Below are positions 8,092 through 17,498 of a DNA stretch of 32,000 bases, in pieces. The stretch lies in contig NZ_LN831039.1 of assembly GCF_001457595.1 (NCBI RefSeq), positions 300,001 through 332,000 on the forward strand, in the 5' to 3' direction. The position numbers were made by a program, and so were the translations under genes. Origin of the DNA: Mycolicibacterium smegmatis (GTDB lineage: Bacteria; Actinomycetota; Actinomycetes; Mycobacteriales; Mycobacteriaceae). Each line of letters opens with the position of its first letter. The first letter of the stretch is position 1. The notes beneath the pieces were generated by a model. That model saw only the letters and a program-made list of their open reading frames with translations. It was not told the origin of the DNA and did not search any database.

Positions 8092-9225
8092 TTGCCGCAA
8101 ACCGGGGCGGCCTCGGCGATGACCGGGATCTCGGGGGCCGTGGCGGCCCGTGCGCAGCAGGTGGCCGACGCGTTCGCCCGGATGACGGGTGTGGCCGTCG
8201 ATGCCCGGGTGCTGCTCACCGGTCGTGCCGCGCTGCTCGGTATGTGCCCGCAAGGGTGTATCTCGGCAGGTGGTGCGACGCATCTGTTTCCGTCGCGGAA
8301 GGGGACCTGGTGCGCGCTGACGTTGTCGCGACCTGACGATGTGGCCGCCGTGCCTGCCCTGGTGCAGGCCGACACCGTGGACGCCGACCCCTGGCCTGTG
8401 GTCGAGACCTGGGCGGCTGCGACCGAGGCGCACGCCATCACCGAGCGTGCGAGGCTGCTCGGCCTGCCCGCGGCGGTGCTCGGTGAGACAGTCCCTGCGG
8501 CGCCGCGCATCACCCGCATGTGGCCACGGGGAACAGGCAGGCCCTTGACCGGATTGCTGGTGGCCGATCTGTCCTCGATGTGGGCGGGACCGCTGTGCGG
8601 CCAGTTGCTGCGGCAGGCCGGTGCCACGGTGGTCAAGGTGGAAAGTCACGCCCGGCCCGACGGCACCCGCAACGGCCCGCAGGTGTTCTTCGATTGGATG
8701 AACCACGGAAAGCTCTCGTATGTCGCCGATTTCGGCGAACCCTCCGCGCTGGGGGCGCTGCTGGATGTCGCCGACGTCGTGATCGAGTCCTCGCGGCCCA
8801 CCGCACTGGTGCGGCGTGGTCTCGGCCCGGACGTGGTGGCATCGCGCGAAGGCCGGGTGTGGGTGCGGATCACCGGCCACGGCACCACCGGTGAGCACGC
8901 CGACTGGGTGGCCTTCGGCGACGACGCCGCGGTGTCCGGTGGCCTGGTCAAGAACCACCATGGCACACCAAGTTTCGCGGGCGACGCGATCGCCGACCCG
9001 CTCACCGGTCTGCACGCCGCACACGCGGTCGCCGAATCCCTCACGCGCGGTGGCGGGGACCTGATCGAGTTCGCGATGTCCGCGGTCGCCGCGACATACG
9101 CGGATCTGGCGACCACCGGTGCTGATATCGCCACCGTCGAGCCCGCATCTGCGCCGGCCGGGCCCGCCCTCGGCGCCGACAACGGCGCCGTGACGAGGCT
9201 GATCGCCGGGAGCCGGCCATGCTGA
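8092..9225 (+). CDS. Family III CoA-transferase (CaiB/BaiF type) with atypical architecture
   Basis: TTG at 8092, with an alternative ATG at 8119. The hallmark motif PLTGLLVADLSSMWAGPLCGQLLRQAGATVVKVESHARPDGTR sits near residue 150 rather than at the N-terminus. Downstream are VADVVIESSRP, ITGHGTTGEH and IADPLTG. Confidence 0.82.
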   Translation: MPQTGAASAMTGISGAVAARAQQVADAFARMTGVAVDARVLLTGRAALLGMCPQGCISAGGATHLFPSRKGTWCALTLSRPDDVAAVPALVQADTVDADPWPVVETWAAATEAHAITERARLLGLPAAVLGETVPAAPRITRMWPRGTGRPLTGLLVADLSSMWAGPLCGQLLRQAGATVVKVESHARPDGTRNGPQVFFDWMNHGKLSYVADFGEPSALGALLDVADVVIESSRPTALVRRGLGPDVVASREGRVWVRITGHGTTGEHADWVAFGDDAAVSGGLVKNHHGTPSFAGDAIADPLTGLHAAHAVAESLTRGGGDLIEFAMSAVAATYADLATTGADIATVEPASAPAGPALGADNGAVTRLIAGSRPC

Positions 9226-10490
9226 TCCAGCGGGCGAGCCTGCTGGACGGCAGGATCGCCGACATCCGGGTGGGGGAGGCCATCGAAGATGTCGGTCCAT
9301 CCCTACGGGCGCGGCGTGGCGAGGCGGTGCTCGATGCCGCGCTCGGCGCCGTCATCCCCGGGCTCCACGACCACCACGTGCACGTGTATTCCGCTGCCGC
9401 CGAACAGAACTCACTGAGGGTCGGCCCCCGCGAAGCGCACGACACCGGCGAACTGCGGCGCCTGCTCGCCGGTGCCGCGCCCGGTGCGGACGGCTGGATC
9501 CGGGCAATCGGCTACCACGAGCAGGTGGCCGGCCCGCTCGACCGTGACCGACTCGACGCGCTGGCCCCGGCAGTACCGGTGCGCGTGCAACACCGCAGCG
9601 GCGTGCTGTGGGTGCTGAACTCCGCGGGTCTCGCCGCGATAAACAGGCCGGATCACCCGGACGGCATACTGCGCAGCGCGGACCCGACCTGGGCCGAGGC
9701 GCTGCCGCGCCGCGACACCGACATCGATTCGTACGCCGAGCGTCTGGCGCGCTACGGCATCACGGGTATCACCGACGCCACGCCCGATCTCTCCGAACCT
9801 CCGCGCGGTCTGCCCCAGCACCTGCACGTGCTGGCGCCGGGGAAGAAGATCCTGCACGACGACATGCTCGATCTGGACGGCCTGGTCACCTGGATCGGCG
9901 AACGCCACGCCCGGGGCGTCCCGGTCGCGGTGCACTGTGTCACCTCGGCGCAACTCGTCGTCACCATCGCGGCAATGCGGGTCACCGGAGTGCTGCCCGG
10001 TGACCGAATCGAGCATGCGGCGATGGTGCCCGAGGACTGCGTGAGGGATCTGTGCGAACTCGGCGTGACCGTGGTGACCCAGCCGAATTTCGTCACCGAG
10101 CGCGGCGACGCGTACCGCAGCGACGTCGATGCCGCCGACCACCACCAGCTGTGGCGGGTCGCAACGCTTCTGGCTGCGGGGGTACGCGTGGCGCTGTCCA
10201 CAGACGCGCCGTTCGGTGACGCCGATCCCTGGGCGGTGATGCGTGCCGCGGTGCACCGCCGGACTCCGCACGGATTCGTCCTCAACCCGGCCGAACGCAT
10301 ACCGCCGCGCACGGCGCTCGAGCTCTTCTTCGGTACGGCACAGGATCCGGCGCATCCACGGCGGGTGGACGTGGGGCAGCCGGGGGATCTGTGCGTGCTC
10401 GCGGCGCCGCCGCGGCAAGTGGTGGAGACACTCGACGCAGATCTGGTCGCTGCCACCATCATCGGCGGTTCGGTGGTGTTCAGCCGGTGA
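9219..10490 (+). CDS. Metal-dependent amidohydrolase (amidohydrolase-3-like)
   Basis: The ATG at 9219 overlaps the upstream stop codon (ATGCTGA). The sequence LLDGRIADIRVGEAIEDVG...VIPGLHDHHVHV contains the HxH metal motif. 423 aa. Confidence 0.85.
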   Translation: MLIQRASLLDGRIADIRVGEAIEDVGPSLRARRGEAVLDAALGAVIPGLHDHHVHVYSAAAEQNSLRVGPREAHDTGELRRLLAGAAPGADGWIRAIGYHEQVAGPLDRDRLDALAPAVPVRVQHRSGVLWVLNSAGLAAINRPDHPDGILRSADPTWAEALPRRDTDIDSYAERLARYGITGITDATPDLSEPPRGLPQHLHVLAPGKKILHDDMLDLDGLVTWIGERHARGVPVAVHCVTSAQLVVTIAAMRVTGVLPGDRIEHAAMVPEDCVRDLCELGVTVVTQPNFVTERGDAYRSDVDAADHHQLWRVATLLAAGVRVALSTDAPFGDADPWAVMRAAVHRRTPHGFVLNPAERIPPRTALELFFGTAQDPAHPRRVDVGQPGDLCVLAAPPRQVVETLDADLVAATIIGGSVVFSR

Positions 10491-11629
10491 ATGTCTGGCG
10501 GAGACGCGGCATGCCCGCGTTGCTCGGCTCAGCCGCGCTGGGGTTCACCGGCTTGGCGTTTCTGCTGCCGGTGGCTCCGATGTGGGCGGTGCACATCGGC
10601 GCCGACAACCTGGGCGCCGGGCTGGTCAACACGGTCCTGATGGCGTGCACTGTGGTCGCCCAGCTGCTGGTGGGGCGGCTCATCCGCAGGGTGGGTATGC
10701 GTGTCACGCTCGCGATCGGCCTGCTGCTGCTGGGCGGGCCCGCGCTGCTGCATCTGTTCGCCGAAACCCTGTGGGCGGTACTGGTGCTCGCGGCGTTGCG
10801 TGGTCTGGGGTTCGGCATCCTCACGGTGTCCGGGGTCGACGGCGTCGCGGGGCTGTTCGCCCAGGAACACCGCGGCCGCGCGGTCGGTGCGTACGGACTG
10901 GCAATCGCCGCACCGCAGTTCATCTTCACCCCGCTGGCGCCGTGGCTGGCCGAACAGGCCGGTTTCGGGCTGGTCTTCGCACTCGCGACCGCCCCGGTGC
11001 TCGCGATCCCGTTCGCACTCGCCTTCACCCGTCCGGTGCCGACACCGCCGCGTCGCGACGACGACGAGAAATTCGCGCTCACAGCCGGTTTGGTGAGCCC
11101 GATCGTCGCGCTCGTGGTGATCACGGCCTCGGGTGGCGCGATCCTGACGTTCGCACCGCAGTTCGGTAGTGCGGAGGCCGCATTCGCGTCGCTTCTGGCG
11201 TTGACCGGCCTGACCGCGCTCGCGCGCTGGCTCGTCGGCGGCCTGGCCGACCGATTCGGCCCGGCGCGGTTCATCCAGCCGCTGCTGTATCTGGGGGCGG
11301 TCGGGCTCGCGACCGTCGCGACCGGCATCGCGCGCGGGGCGCTGATCGGCGAGATCCTGATCGTGGTGGGCGCGGCGCTGGTCGGCATCGCCTACGGCGC
11401 GCTGCAGAACGTGACGCTGGTGCAGGCCTTCGCCGCAACGGGTGAGCACGCCCGCAGCAAGGTGAGCGTCGCGTGGAACGTCGGCTTCGACGGCGGGACG
11501 GGGATCGGTGCGCTGGCGGTCGGTGCGCTGGCCACCTCCGGTTCGTTCCCGATGGCCTTCGCGGTGCTGGCCGCTGCGTGCGCCGTCATGGGTGTGGCGT
11601 CGTACTTCGCCCACCGGCGGACGGTGTGA
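10487..11629 (+). CDS. MFS transporter
   Basis: The protein is highly hydrophobic with repeated Gly/Ala/Leu-rich helices. The start is either GTG 10487 (a GTGA overlap with the amidohydrolase stop) or ATG 10511. The track start at 10391 lies inside the upstream gene. Confidence 0.8.
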   Translation: MNVWRRRGMPALLGSAALGFTGLAFLLPVAPMWAVHIGADNLGAGLVNTVLMACTVVAQLLVGRLIRRVGMRVTLAIGLLLLGGPALLHLFAETLWAVLVLAALRGLGFGILTVSGVDGVAGLFAQEHRGRAVGAYGLAIAAPQFIFTPLAPWLAEQAGFGLVFALATAPVLAIPFALAFTRPVPTPPRRDDDEKFALTAGLVSPIVALVVITASGGAILTFAPQFGSAEAAFASLLALTGLTALARWLVGGLADRFGPARFIQPLLYLGAVGLATVATGIARGALIGEILIVVGAALVGIAYGALQNVTLVQAFAATGEHARSKVSVAWNVGFDGGTGIGALAVGALATSGSFPMAFAVLAAACAVMGVASYFAHRRTV

Positions 11630-11666
11630 ACGCATACGGGGCGGCACGGGTGGGTACTCCGCACCG

Positions 11667-13124
11667 ATGGACCAAACCGAGACGCCTCTGCTCGACGCGC
11701 TGAACGAGTACCACGCGTCCAACCGGTACGGCTACTCCCCGCCCGGCCATCGACAGGGCCGCGGCGTCGACGACCGTGTGCTGCGTGTGCTGGGACGCGA
11801 ACCGTTCCTCAGTGATGTGCTGGCCAACGGCGGCTTGGACGACCGCCGCAGCAGCAACGGCTACCTGCAGAAAGCCGAGGATCTGATGGCCGAGGCGGTG
11901 GGAGCCGACACCGCGTGGTTCTCCACCTGTGGCAGTTCGCTGTCGGTCAAGGCCGCGATGATGGCCGTCGCGGGCGGCGACGGCAGCCTGCTGCTGAGTC
12001 GCGACAGCCACAAGTCTGTGGTCGCCGGCCTGATCTTCTCGGGTGTGATGCCACGCTGGATCACGCCACGGTGGGACGCCGACCGGCACCTGTCGCACCC
12101 GCCGTCGCCCGAGGAGGTCGAGGAGACCTGGCGGCGGTATCCCGACGCCGCCGGTGCGCTGATCGTGAGCCCGAGCCCGTACGGCACGTGTGCCGATCTC
12201 GCCGGCATCGCCGACGTATGCCATGCCCGGGGTAAACCGCTGATCGTCGACGAGGCCTGGGGCGCCCACCTGCCGTTCCACGAGAACCTGCCGACATGGG
12301 CCATGGACGCGGGCGCGGATGTGTGCGTGGTCAGCGTGCACAAGATGGGCGCGGGTTTCGAGCAGGGCTCGGTGTTCCACCTGCAAGGTGATCTCATCGA
12401 TCAGGACCGGTTGTCCGCGTGTGCCGACCTGCTGATGACCACGAGCCCGAATGTGCTGGTGTACAGCGCGATCGACGGCTGGCGACGGCAGATGGTCGAA
12501 CACGGCCACCGATTGTTCAGTGCGGCACTCGATCTCGCCGATGACACCCGCCGTCGCATCGAGGAGATCGACGACGTCGAGGTGCTCGACGAAGAATTAC
12601 TCGGCGCGCAGGCCTCGCACGATCTGGACCGGTTGCAGATCCTCATCGACGTGTCGGCCACCGGCACCTCGGGCTACCAGGCCGCCGACTGGCTGCGGGA
12701 GAACTGCCAGGTGGACGTCGGGATGTCCGACCATCGCCGGATCCTGGCCACCATGTCGGTGGCCGACGGATCCGATACCGCGGGGCGCCTGCTGCACGCA
12801 CTGTCGTTGTGGCGCAAGGCCGCAGATGACTTCGCGCCGCCGCCCCCGATCGATCTCCCGTCGCCGGCCGAACTCCAGTTGACAACGGAGACCTCTCCGC
12901 GGGATGCGTTCTTCGCCGAGGTCGAACAGATCCCGGTCGAGCATGCGGTGGGCCGCATCGCCGCCGAGCAGATCACACCCTATCCGCCCGGGATCCCCGC
13001 GGTGGTGCCGGGGGAGCGACTCAACGAAGCAGTGCTCGACTACCTCGTGACCGGCGTGCAGGCGGGTATGAACCTGCCGGATCCGGCCGATCCGCAGATG
13101 GGCTCCATCCGGGTCATGGCCTGA
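11667..13124 (+). CDS. PLP-dependent Orn/Lys/Arg decarboxylase family protein
   Basis: ATG at 11667 gives MDQTETPLLDALNEYHASNRYGYSPPGHRQG, a typical N-terminus for the short (about 480-aa) members of this family. SVHKMGAG contains the PLP lysine. 485 aa. Confidence 0.85.
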   Translation: MDQTETPLLDALNEYHASNRYGYSPPGHRQGRGVDDRVLRVLGREPFLSDVLANGGLDDRRSSNGYLQKAEDLMAEAVGADTAWFSTCGSSLSVKAAMMAVAGGDGSLLLSRDSHKSVVAGLIFSGVMPRWITPRWDADRHLSHPPSPEEVEETWRRYPDAAGALIVSPSPYGTCADLAGIADVCHARGKPLIVDEAWGAHLPFHENLPTWAMDAGADVCVVSVHKMGAGFEQGSVFHLQGDLIDQDRLSACADLLMTTSPNVLVYSAIDGWRRQMVEHGHRLFSAALDLADDTRRRIEEIDDVEVLDEELLGAQASHDLDRLQILIDVSATGTSGYQAADWLRENCQVDVGMSDHRRILATMSVADGSDTAGRLLHALSLWRKAADDFAPPPPIDLPSPAELQLTTETSPRDAFFAEVEQIPVEHAVGRIAAEQITPYPPGIPAVVPGERLNEAVLDYLVTGVQAGMNLPDPADPQMGSIRVMA

Positions 13125-13743
13125 CATCTGCTGCGACACGCAGATCGTCGACCAGGCCCGCGAACGCGGATTCGCGTTCCTCCTTGGGTCCGCGCAGCAG
13201 AGACGACGGGTGAACGGTGGCGACCAGCGCCGGATCTCCCGGTTCGTCGTCGACGTGCAGGACCTCGCCGCGATGCTGCGTGACGCGAAAGTCGTTGCCC
13301 AGCAGTGCCTTGGCGGCGGTTGCGCCGAGCAGCACCACGACATCGGGCTCCACGGAGGTCATCTCGGCGATGAGCCAGGGACGGCACGCCACCACCTCGG
13401 TACGACTGGGGGTCTTGTGGATGCGTCGTTTGCCTCCCGCTGCCCGCGTGAACTTGAAGTGCTTGACCGCGTTGGTGACGTAGAGGGCATCGCGGTCGAT
13501 GTCGGCGGCGTCCAGCGCGCGGTCCAGGAGCCGGCCCGCGGGACCCACGAAGGGCAGGCCCGCCAGGTCCTCTTTGTCACCGGGCTGCTCGCCGATCATC
13601 ATGATGCGTGCCGAGCGCCCGCCCGCGCCGAAGACCGCCTGCGTGGCGTCGCGATACAACCCGCAGCCTCGGCATTCGCCTGCCGCGGCAGCGAGTTCGG
13701 CCAGGTCCGCCGTGTGGGGGACGAACTCCTGCGCACCTGCCAT
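13114..13743 (-). CDS. udgX: UdgX-type uracil-DNA glycosylase superfamily protein (family-4-like, covalent uracil-DNA binder)
   Basis: Starting at ATG 13743 gives 209 aa. It has motif A GEQPG (residues 51-55), the GGKRRIHKT insertion with His at residue 109, motif B HPSSLLR, and Cys ligands (ECRGCGL, VVACRPW). This matches my recollection of M. smegmatis UdgX, including the H109 numbering. Confidence 0.93.
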   Translation of the reverse strand: MAGAQEFVPHTADLAELAAAAGECRGCGLYRDATQAVFGAGGRSARIMMIGEQPGDKEDLAGLPFVGPAGRLLDRALDAADIDRDALYVTNAVKHFKFTRAAGGKRRIHKTPSRTEVVACRPWLIAEMTSVEPDVVVLLGATAAKALLGNDFRVTQHRGEVLHVDDEPGDPALVATVHPSSLLRGPKEERESAFAGLVDDLRVAADVRP

Positions 13744-13831
13744 GTCCGATGGGATACCCACTTCCCGGGTTGATTGCTGTTTCAAAACCCGCCGTACGGG
13801 TAATCACCGCCCGCAACAGCGAGAGGAAACC

Positions 13832-14848
13832 ATGAGCAGCAGCGTGAGCACCATCGATGCCAGGCCGGATCAGCCGGCCGGCAAGCAGATCCTGCATCGT
13901 CGCCGCAGCGCGGAGTCCTTCGCTCTGGCCGCAGGCTGTCGCGCGTTCGTACGCAACGCTGTTCGCGTGTGGGCCATGCAGCCGAATCTCGCGTGGCCAC
14001 TCGGCTCGATCGACCGCATGGTGGGCCTCTTGCCGCACCGGGTCGATGCCAAGATCCGGTCCGTCCAATTACCCGACTGCGCCGCGGAATTGGTGTGTGC
14101 GAACGGGGTGAGCGCAGATCGCGCGATTCTCTACCTGCACGGCGGCGCGTTCATGACGTGCGGTATCAACACGCATCGCTCACTCGTGGCGCGGCTTTCC
14201 AGAGAGGCCGACGCCGCGGTGCTCAACGTCGGATACCGCATGCTCCCCAAATACGGTCTGGCCGAGGCGATCGACGACGCCGTGGCCGGTTTGCGCTGGC
14301 TGCAGGAGCAGGGTTACACGTCGGATCAGATCGTGATCGCCGGGGACTCGGTGGGCGGCTATCTCGCGCTGGCCACCGCGTTGCAGCTGTCTTCGCGCGG
14401 CGAGGTGCCCGCGGCCGGGATCGCGGCGATCTCGCCGCTGACCGATCTGGATCCCGCGAGCAAGCTCGAACACCCCAACGCCCGCAAGTGCGCGATGTTC
14501 ACAGGCGCCGCACTCGCGGGGTTCGCGAAGTATCTGCACCGCTGTGAGCGTCGCCCCGTCAGCCGTCGGGAGGCGGCCGCGTTGGTGAACCCGGTGACGG
14601 CCGACCTGACGAAGCTACCGCCCGTGACGGTGCACGTCAGCGCCGACGAGTCGCTCTACTCCGATTCCGAACTTCTGGCCGGCAGGCTCGCGGAGGCCCA
14701 GGTGCCCTGTGAGCTGCATGTGTGGCACGGGCAGGTGCACGATTTCCCGCTGGCGGCAGACATCTTGCCCGAGGGTCGTCGGGCGCTGCGCTACGTCGGT
14801 GACTTCGTCAAGCAGACGACGGGCACCCGGCTGGCGAACGTCTCCTGA
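13832..14848 (+). CDS. Alpha/beta hydrolase fold-3 esterase/lipase (HSL family)
   Basis: ATG at 13832 follows GAGAGGAAA. It has the LYLHGGAF oxyanion motif and the GDSVGG nucleophile elbow. 338 aa. The part of the track ORF upstream of 13832 is antisense to udgX. Confidence 0.88.
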   Translation: MSSSVSTIDARPDQPAGKQILHRRRSAESFALAAGCRAFVRNAVRVWAMQPNLAWPLGSIDRMVGLLPHRVDAKIRSVQLPDCAAELVCANGVSADRAILYLHGGAFMTCGINTHRSLVARLSREADAAVLNVGYRMLPKYGLAEAIDDAVAGLRWLQEQGYTSDQIVIAGDSVGGYLALATALQLSSRGEVPAAGIAAISPLTDLDPASKLEHPNARKCAMFTGAALAGFAKYLHRCERRPVSRREAAALVNPVTADLTKLPPVTVHVSADESLYSDSELLAGRLAEAQVPCELHVWHGQVHDFPLAADILPEGRRALRYVGDFVKQTTGTRLANVS

Positions 14849-15649
14849 TCAGCCGACCTGACGGTGCAGCGTCACCGAGGCCGTGCGGTTGTCGGTGCCG
14901 CTGTTCGACGCGGCCGCGATACCGCGGCCTTTCGCGGTCACCGCGAGCGCGGTGCGGTCGCCGCGGAACAGATCGCGCGAGAACTCGTACGGTGTGCCGG
15001 TCTGATCGAAGGTGACGCGCGTGATCAGCAGAAGCGCGGCCTTGGGCTTGATGCCCAGCAGGGTGGCCTCGTTGCTCGTGGCGTTGACGGCTTCGATGCG
15101 CTCGTCGGCACGGCCGGGCACCAGACCGTACTGCGATTCGAGGACCTCGTAGAGCGATCCGCCGAGCTGCTGTTCGAGCAGACCCGGAAACTTCTCGGCC
15201 GGAAACTGCGCCTGCTCAAGGGATATCGGGGACCCGTCGGCCAACCGCACACGCTGGATCTCGACGACGTACTCTCCCGGCCCGAGACGCAGCGCGGTAC
15301 GGGTGGTCTGGTCGGGCGTGGTGATGCGGGTCGACAGGATTCGGGTGCCCGCCACATATCCCTGATTGGCGAGGAACGCCGGGACGCCCACCACGTCCGA
15401 CAGGTTGCGTTCCACCTGGCCGTGGCTGATGAAGATGCCGCCGGACCGCCCGATCACGCGGTGGACCAGGCCGGCCTCCTCCAGGGCGGCCAGTACCTGA
15501 CGCAGGCTCGAGCGGCTGGTGCCGTACTTCTCGGCGAGGTCGCGTTCGCTTCCGAGCTTGGCGCCCGGTGTTCCCGCGTTGATGTCGGCGACCAGACGGC
15601 GTCGCAACTCCTCGCTCTGTACTGGCACCAGACCCCCTCGCCCGCGCAT
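14849..15649 (-). CDS. GntR-family regulator, HutC subfamily (wHTH + UTRA), last gene of the BMC operon
   Basis: The wHTH is LGSERDLAEKYGTSRSSLRQVLAALEEAGLVHR, followed by a UTRA-like C-terminal domain. The start is ATG 15649, or GTG 15628, which has a better SD (GAGGGGG). The gene abuts the convergent esterase, with the two stop codons forming TGATCA. Confidence 0.88.
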   Translation of the reverse strand: MRGRGGLVPVQSEELRRRLVADINAGTPGAKLGSERDLAEKYGTSRSSLRQVLAALEEAGLVHRVIGRSGGIFISHGQVERNLSDVVGVPAFLANQGYVAGTRILSTRITTPDQTTRTALRLGPGEYVVEIQRVRLADGSPISLEQAQFPAEKFPGLLEQQLGGSLYEVLESQYGLVPGRADERIEAVNATSNEATLLGIKPKAALLLITRVTFDQTGTPYEFSRDLFRGDRTALAVTAKGRGIAAASNSGTDNRTASVTLHRQVG

Positions 15650-15668
15650 TGGTACAGCCAATTCTAAA
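15647..15668 (-). promoter_or_regulatory. Candidate internal promoter/operator in front of the BMC-locus GntR gene
   Basis: The minus strand reads TTTAGAATTGGCTGTACCAATG. It contains a -10-like TAGAAT (15661-15666) fused to the inverted repeat ATTGG-N5-CCAAT (15648-15662), which overlaps the ATG. The core ATTGGCnnTACCAA recurs at 22833-22846. Confidence 0.4.
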
Positions 15669-15677
15669 CCGGTCGAG

Positions 15678-16493
<816 letters not shown>

Positions 16494-17498
16494 TCAGGTC
16501 AGGCGCAGTCCGTCGGACGACAGATAGCGCTCGGCGAGTGCGCAGCTGCCCGCGGCGTAGCTGATCGCCTTGGTGGCGGATTCCCGGGAGTGGGTGTGGC
16601 TGCCCATCCAGGCCAACAGCAGGAGCCTGCGCAGGAACACGAACGACGGCAGCATGGCCTCGTCGGCAGCGGCCAGCTCGCGTCGGGAGCGATAGCCCGC
16701 CACCCAGGACTCCTGCCATTCGCCAAGCCGCGGGTCGTCTTCGATGAACGACACTGCTGTGCCGAAATCGTAGAAATACCAACCGAATCCGCAGTCGTCG
16801 AAATCGATGACGGTGATGGTGCGTTGCGGCGTCGACGAGTCGACGAGCAGGTTGGCCAGACGCAGGTCGGCGTGGATCAGCCCGTAGCGGTCAGGTCCGG
16901 AGCCGTATTCCTTCAGCTTGCGGTGCAGCAGGTCCTGTGCGCGGGTGAGCAGTGCGGTCTCGGACGCGCCGACGCCTTCGGCGTCCTGCCACCGTCCCCA
17001 GCGTGGTGTGTCGCCGAGGCAGTGTTCCCAGTCCCATGAGAACCGGCCGAAACCCGCAGGACGGGTCCACCGCTGCGAGTGTTCGTGCAGGGACGCGGTG
17101 ATGCGCCCGAGGGTCTGGAAATCGTCGAGGGTCAACGATTCCTCGTCGGGCTCGGCGCCGCCGACCATCTCGAAGTGCACCACGTGACGCGGGACCGCGT
17201 CGGAATCGGCGGGGTCGACCGTGACCACACGGCGTCCGTCGCGCGCGGGCACCACCGTGGGCACCGTGACATCGCTGTCGGTGCGCAGGGCAGCCAACCA
17301 GTCGAGTTCGGACTCGATCTCGTGCGGCTGGTGGTAGTCCTGCCGGTGAACCCTCAGGATCGACTGGTGCTCGCCGTCCTCGACCAGGTAGGTCGCGTTC
17401 TCGGACAGGTTGAGCAGTCGCAGGGACGCGTTGTCGGAGACGTCGTAATGCGTCAGTGCCTGTTGTGCGATGGTGACATCGTCGGTGATCACGCCCAT
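16494..17498 (-). CDS. APH-family small-molecule kinase (probable amino-alcohol / 1-amino-2-propanol kinase)
   Basis: 334 aa. It has the Brenner motif IHADLRLANLLV and the metal-binding VIDFDD. The N-terminal lobe is homoserine-kinase-II-like. Its ATG shares one nucleotide with the stop codon of the upstream BMC-T gene (TGATG). Confidence 0.9.
   Translation of the reverse strand: MGVITDDVTIAQQALTHYDVSDNASLRLLNLSENATYLVEDGEHQSILRVHRQDYHQPHEIESELDWLAALRTDSDVTVPTVVPARDGRRVVTVDPADSDAVPRHVVHFEMVGGAEPDEESLTLDDFQTLGRITASLHEHSQRWTRPAGFGRFSWDWEHCLGDTPRWGRWQDAEGVGASETALLTRAQDLLHRKLKEYGSGPDRYGLIHADLRLANLLVDSSTPQRTITVIDFDDCGFGWYFYDFGTAVSFIEDDPRLGEWQESWVAGYRSRRELAAADEAMLPSFVFLRRLLLLAWMGSHTHSRESATKAISYAAGSCALAERYLSSDGLRLT

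Noticed and set aside
7090-9225. Assigning the MaoC hydratase and family III CoA-transferase to an itaconate-degradation pathway.
   Set aside because: The enzyme classes fit, but there is no citramalyl-CoA lyase (CitE-like) gene in the cluster. The amidohydrolase and decarboxylase are also unexplained by that pathway, so the evidence is insufficient.
7653-11722. Long minus-strand ORFs (7653..8636, 7957..9300, 9411..10418, 9752..10462, 10480..11388, 10529..11722) opposite the MaoC / CoA-transferase / amidohydrolase / MFS genes.
   Set aside because: All are antisense to motif-supported plus-strand genes. The sequences are Arg/Pro/Gly-rich with no domain signatures.
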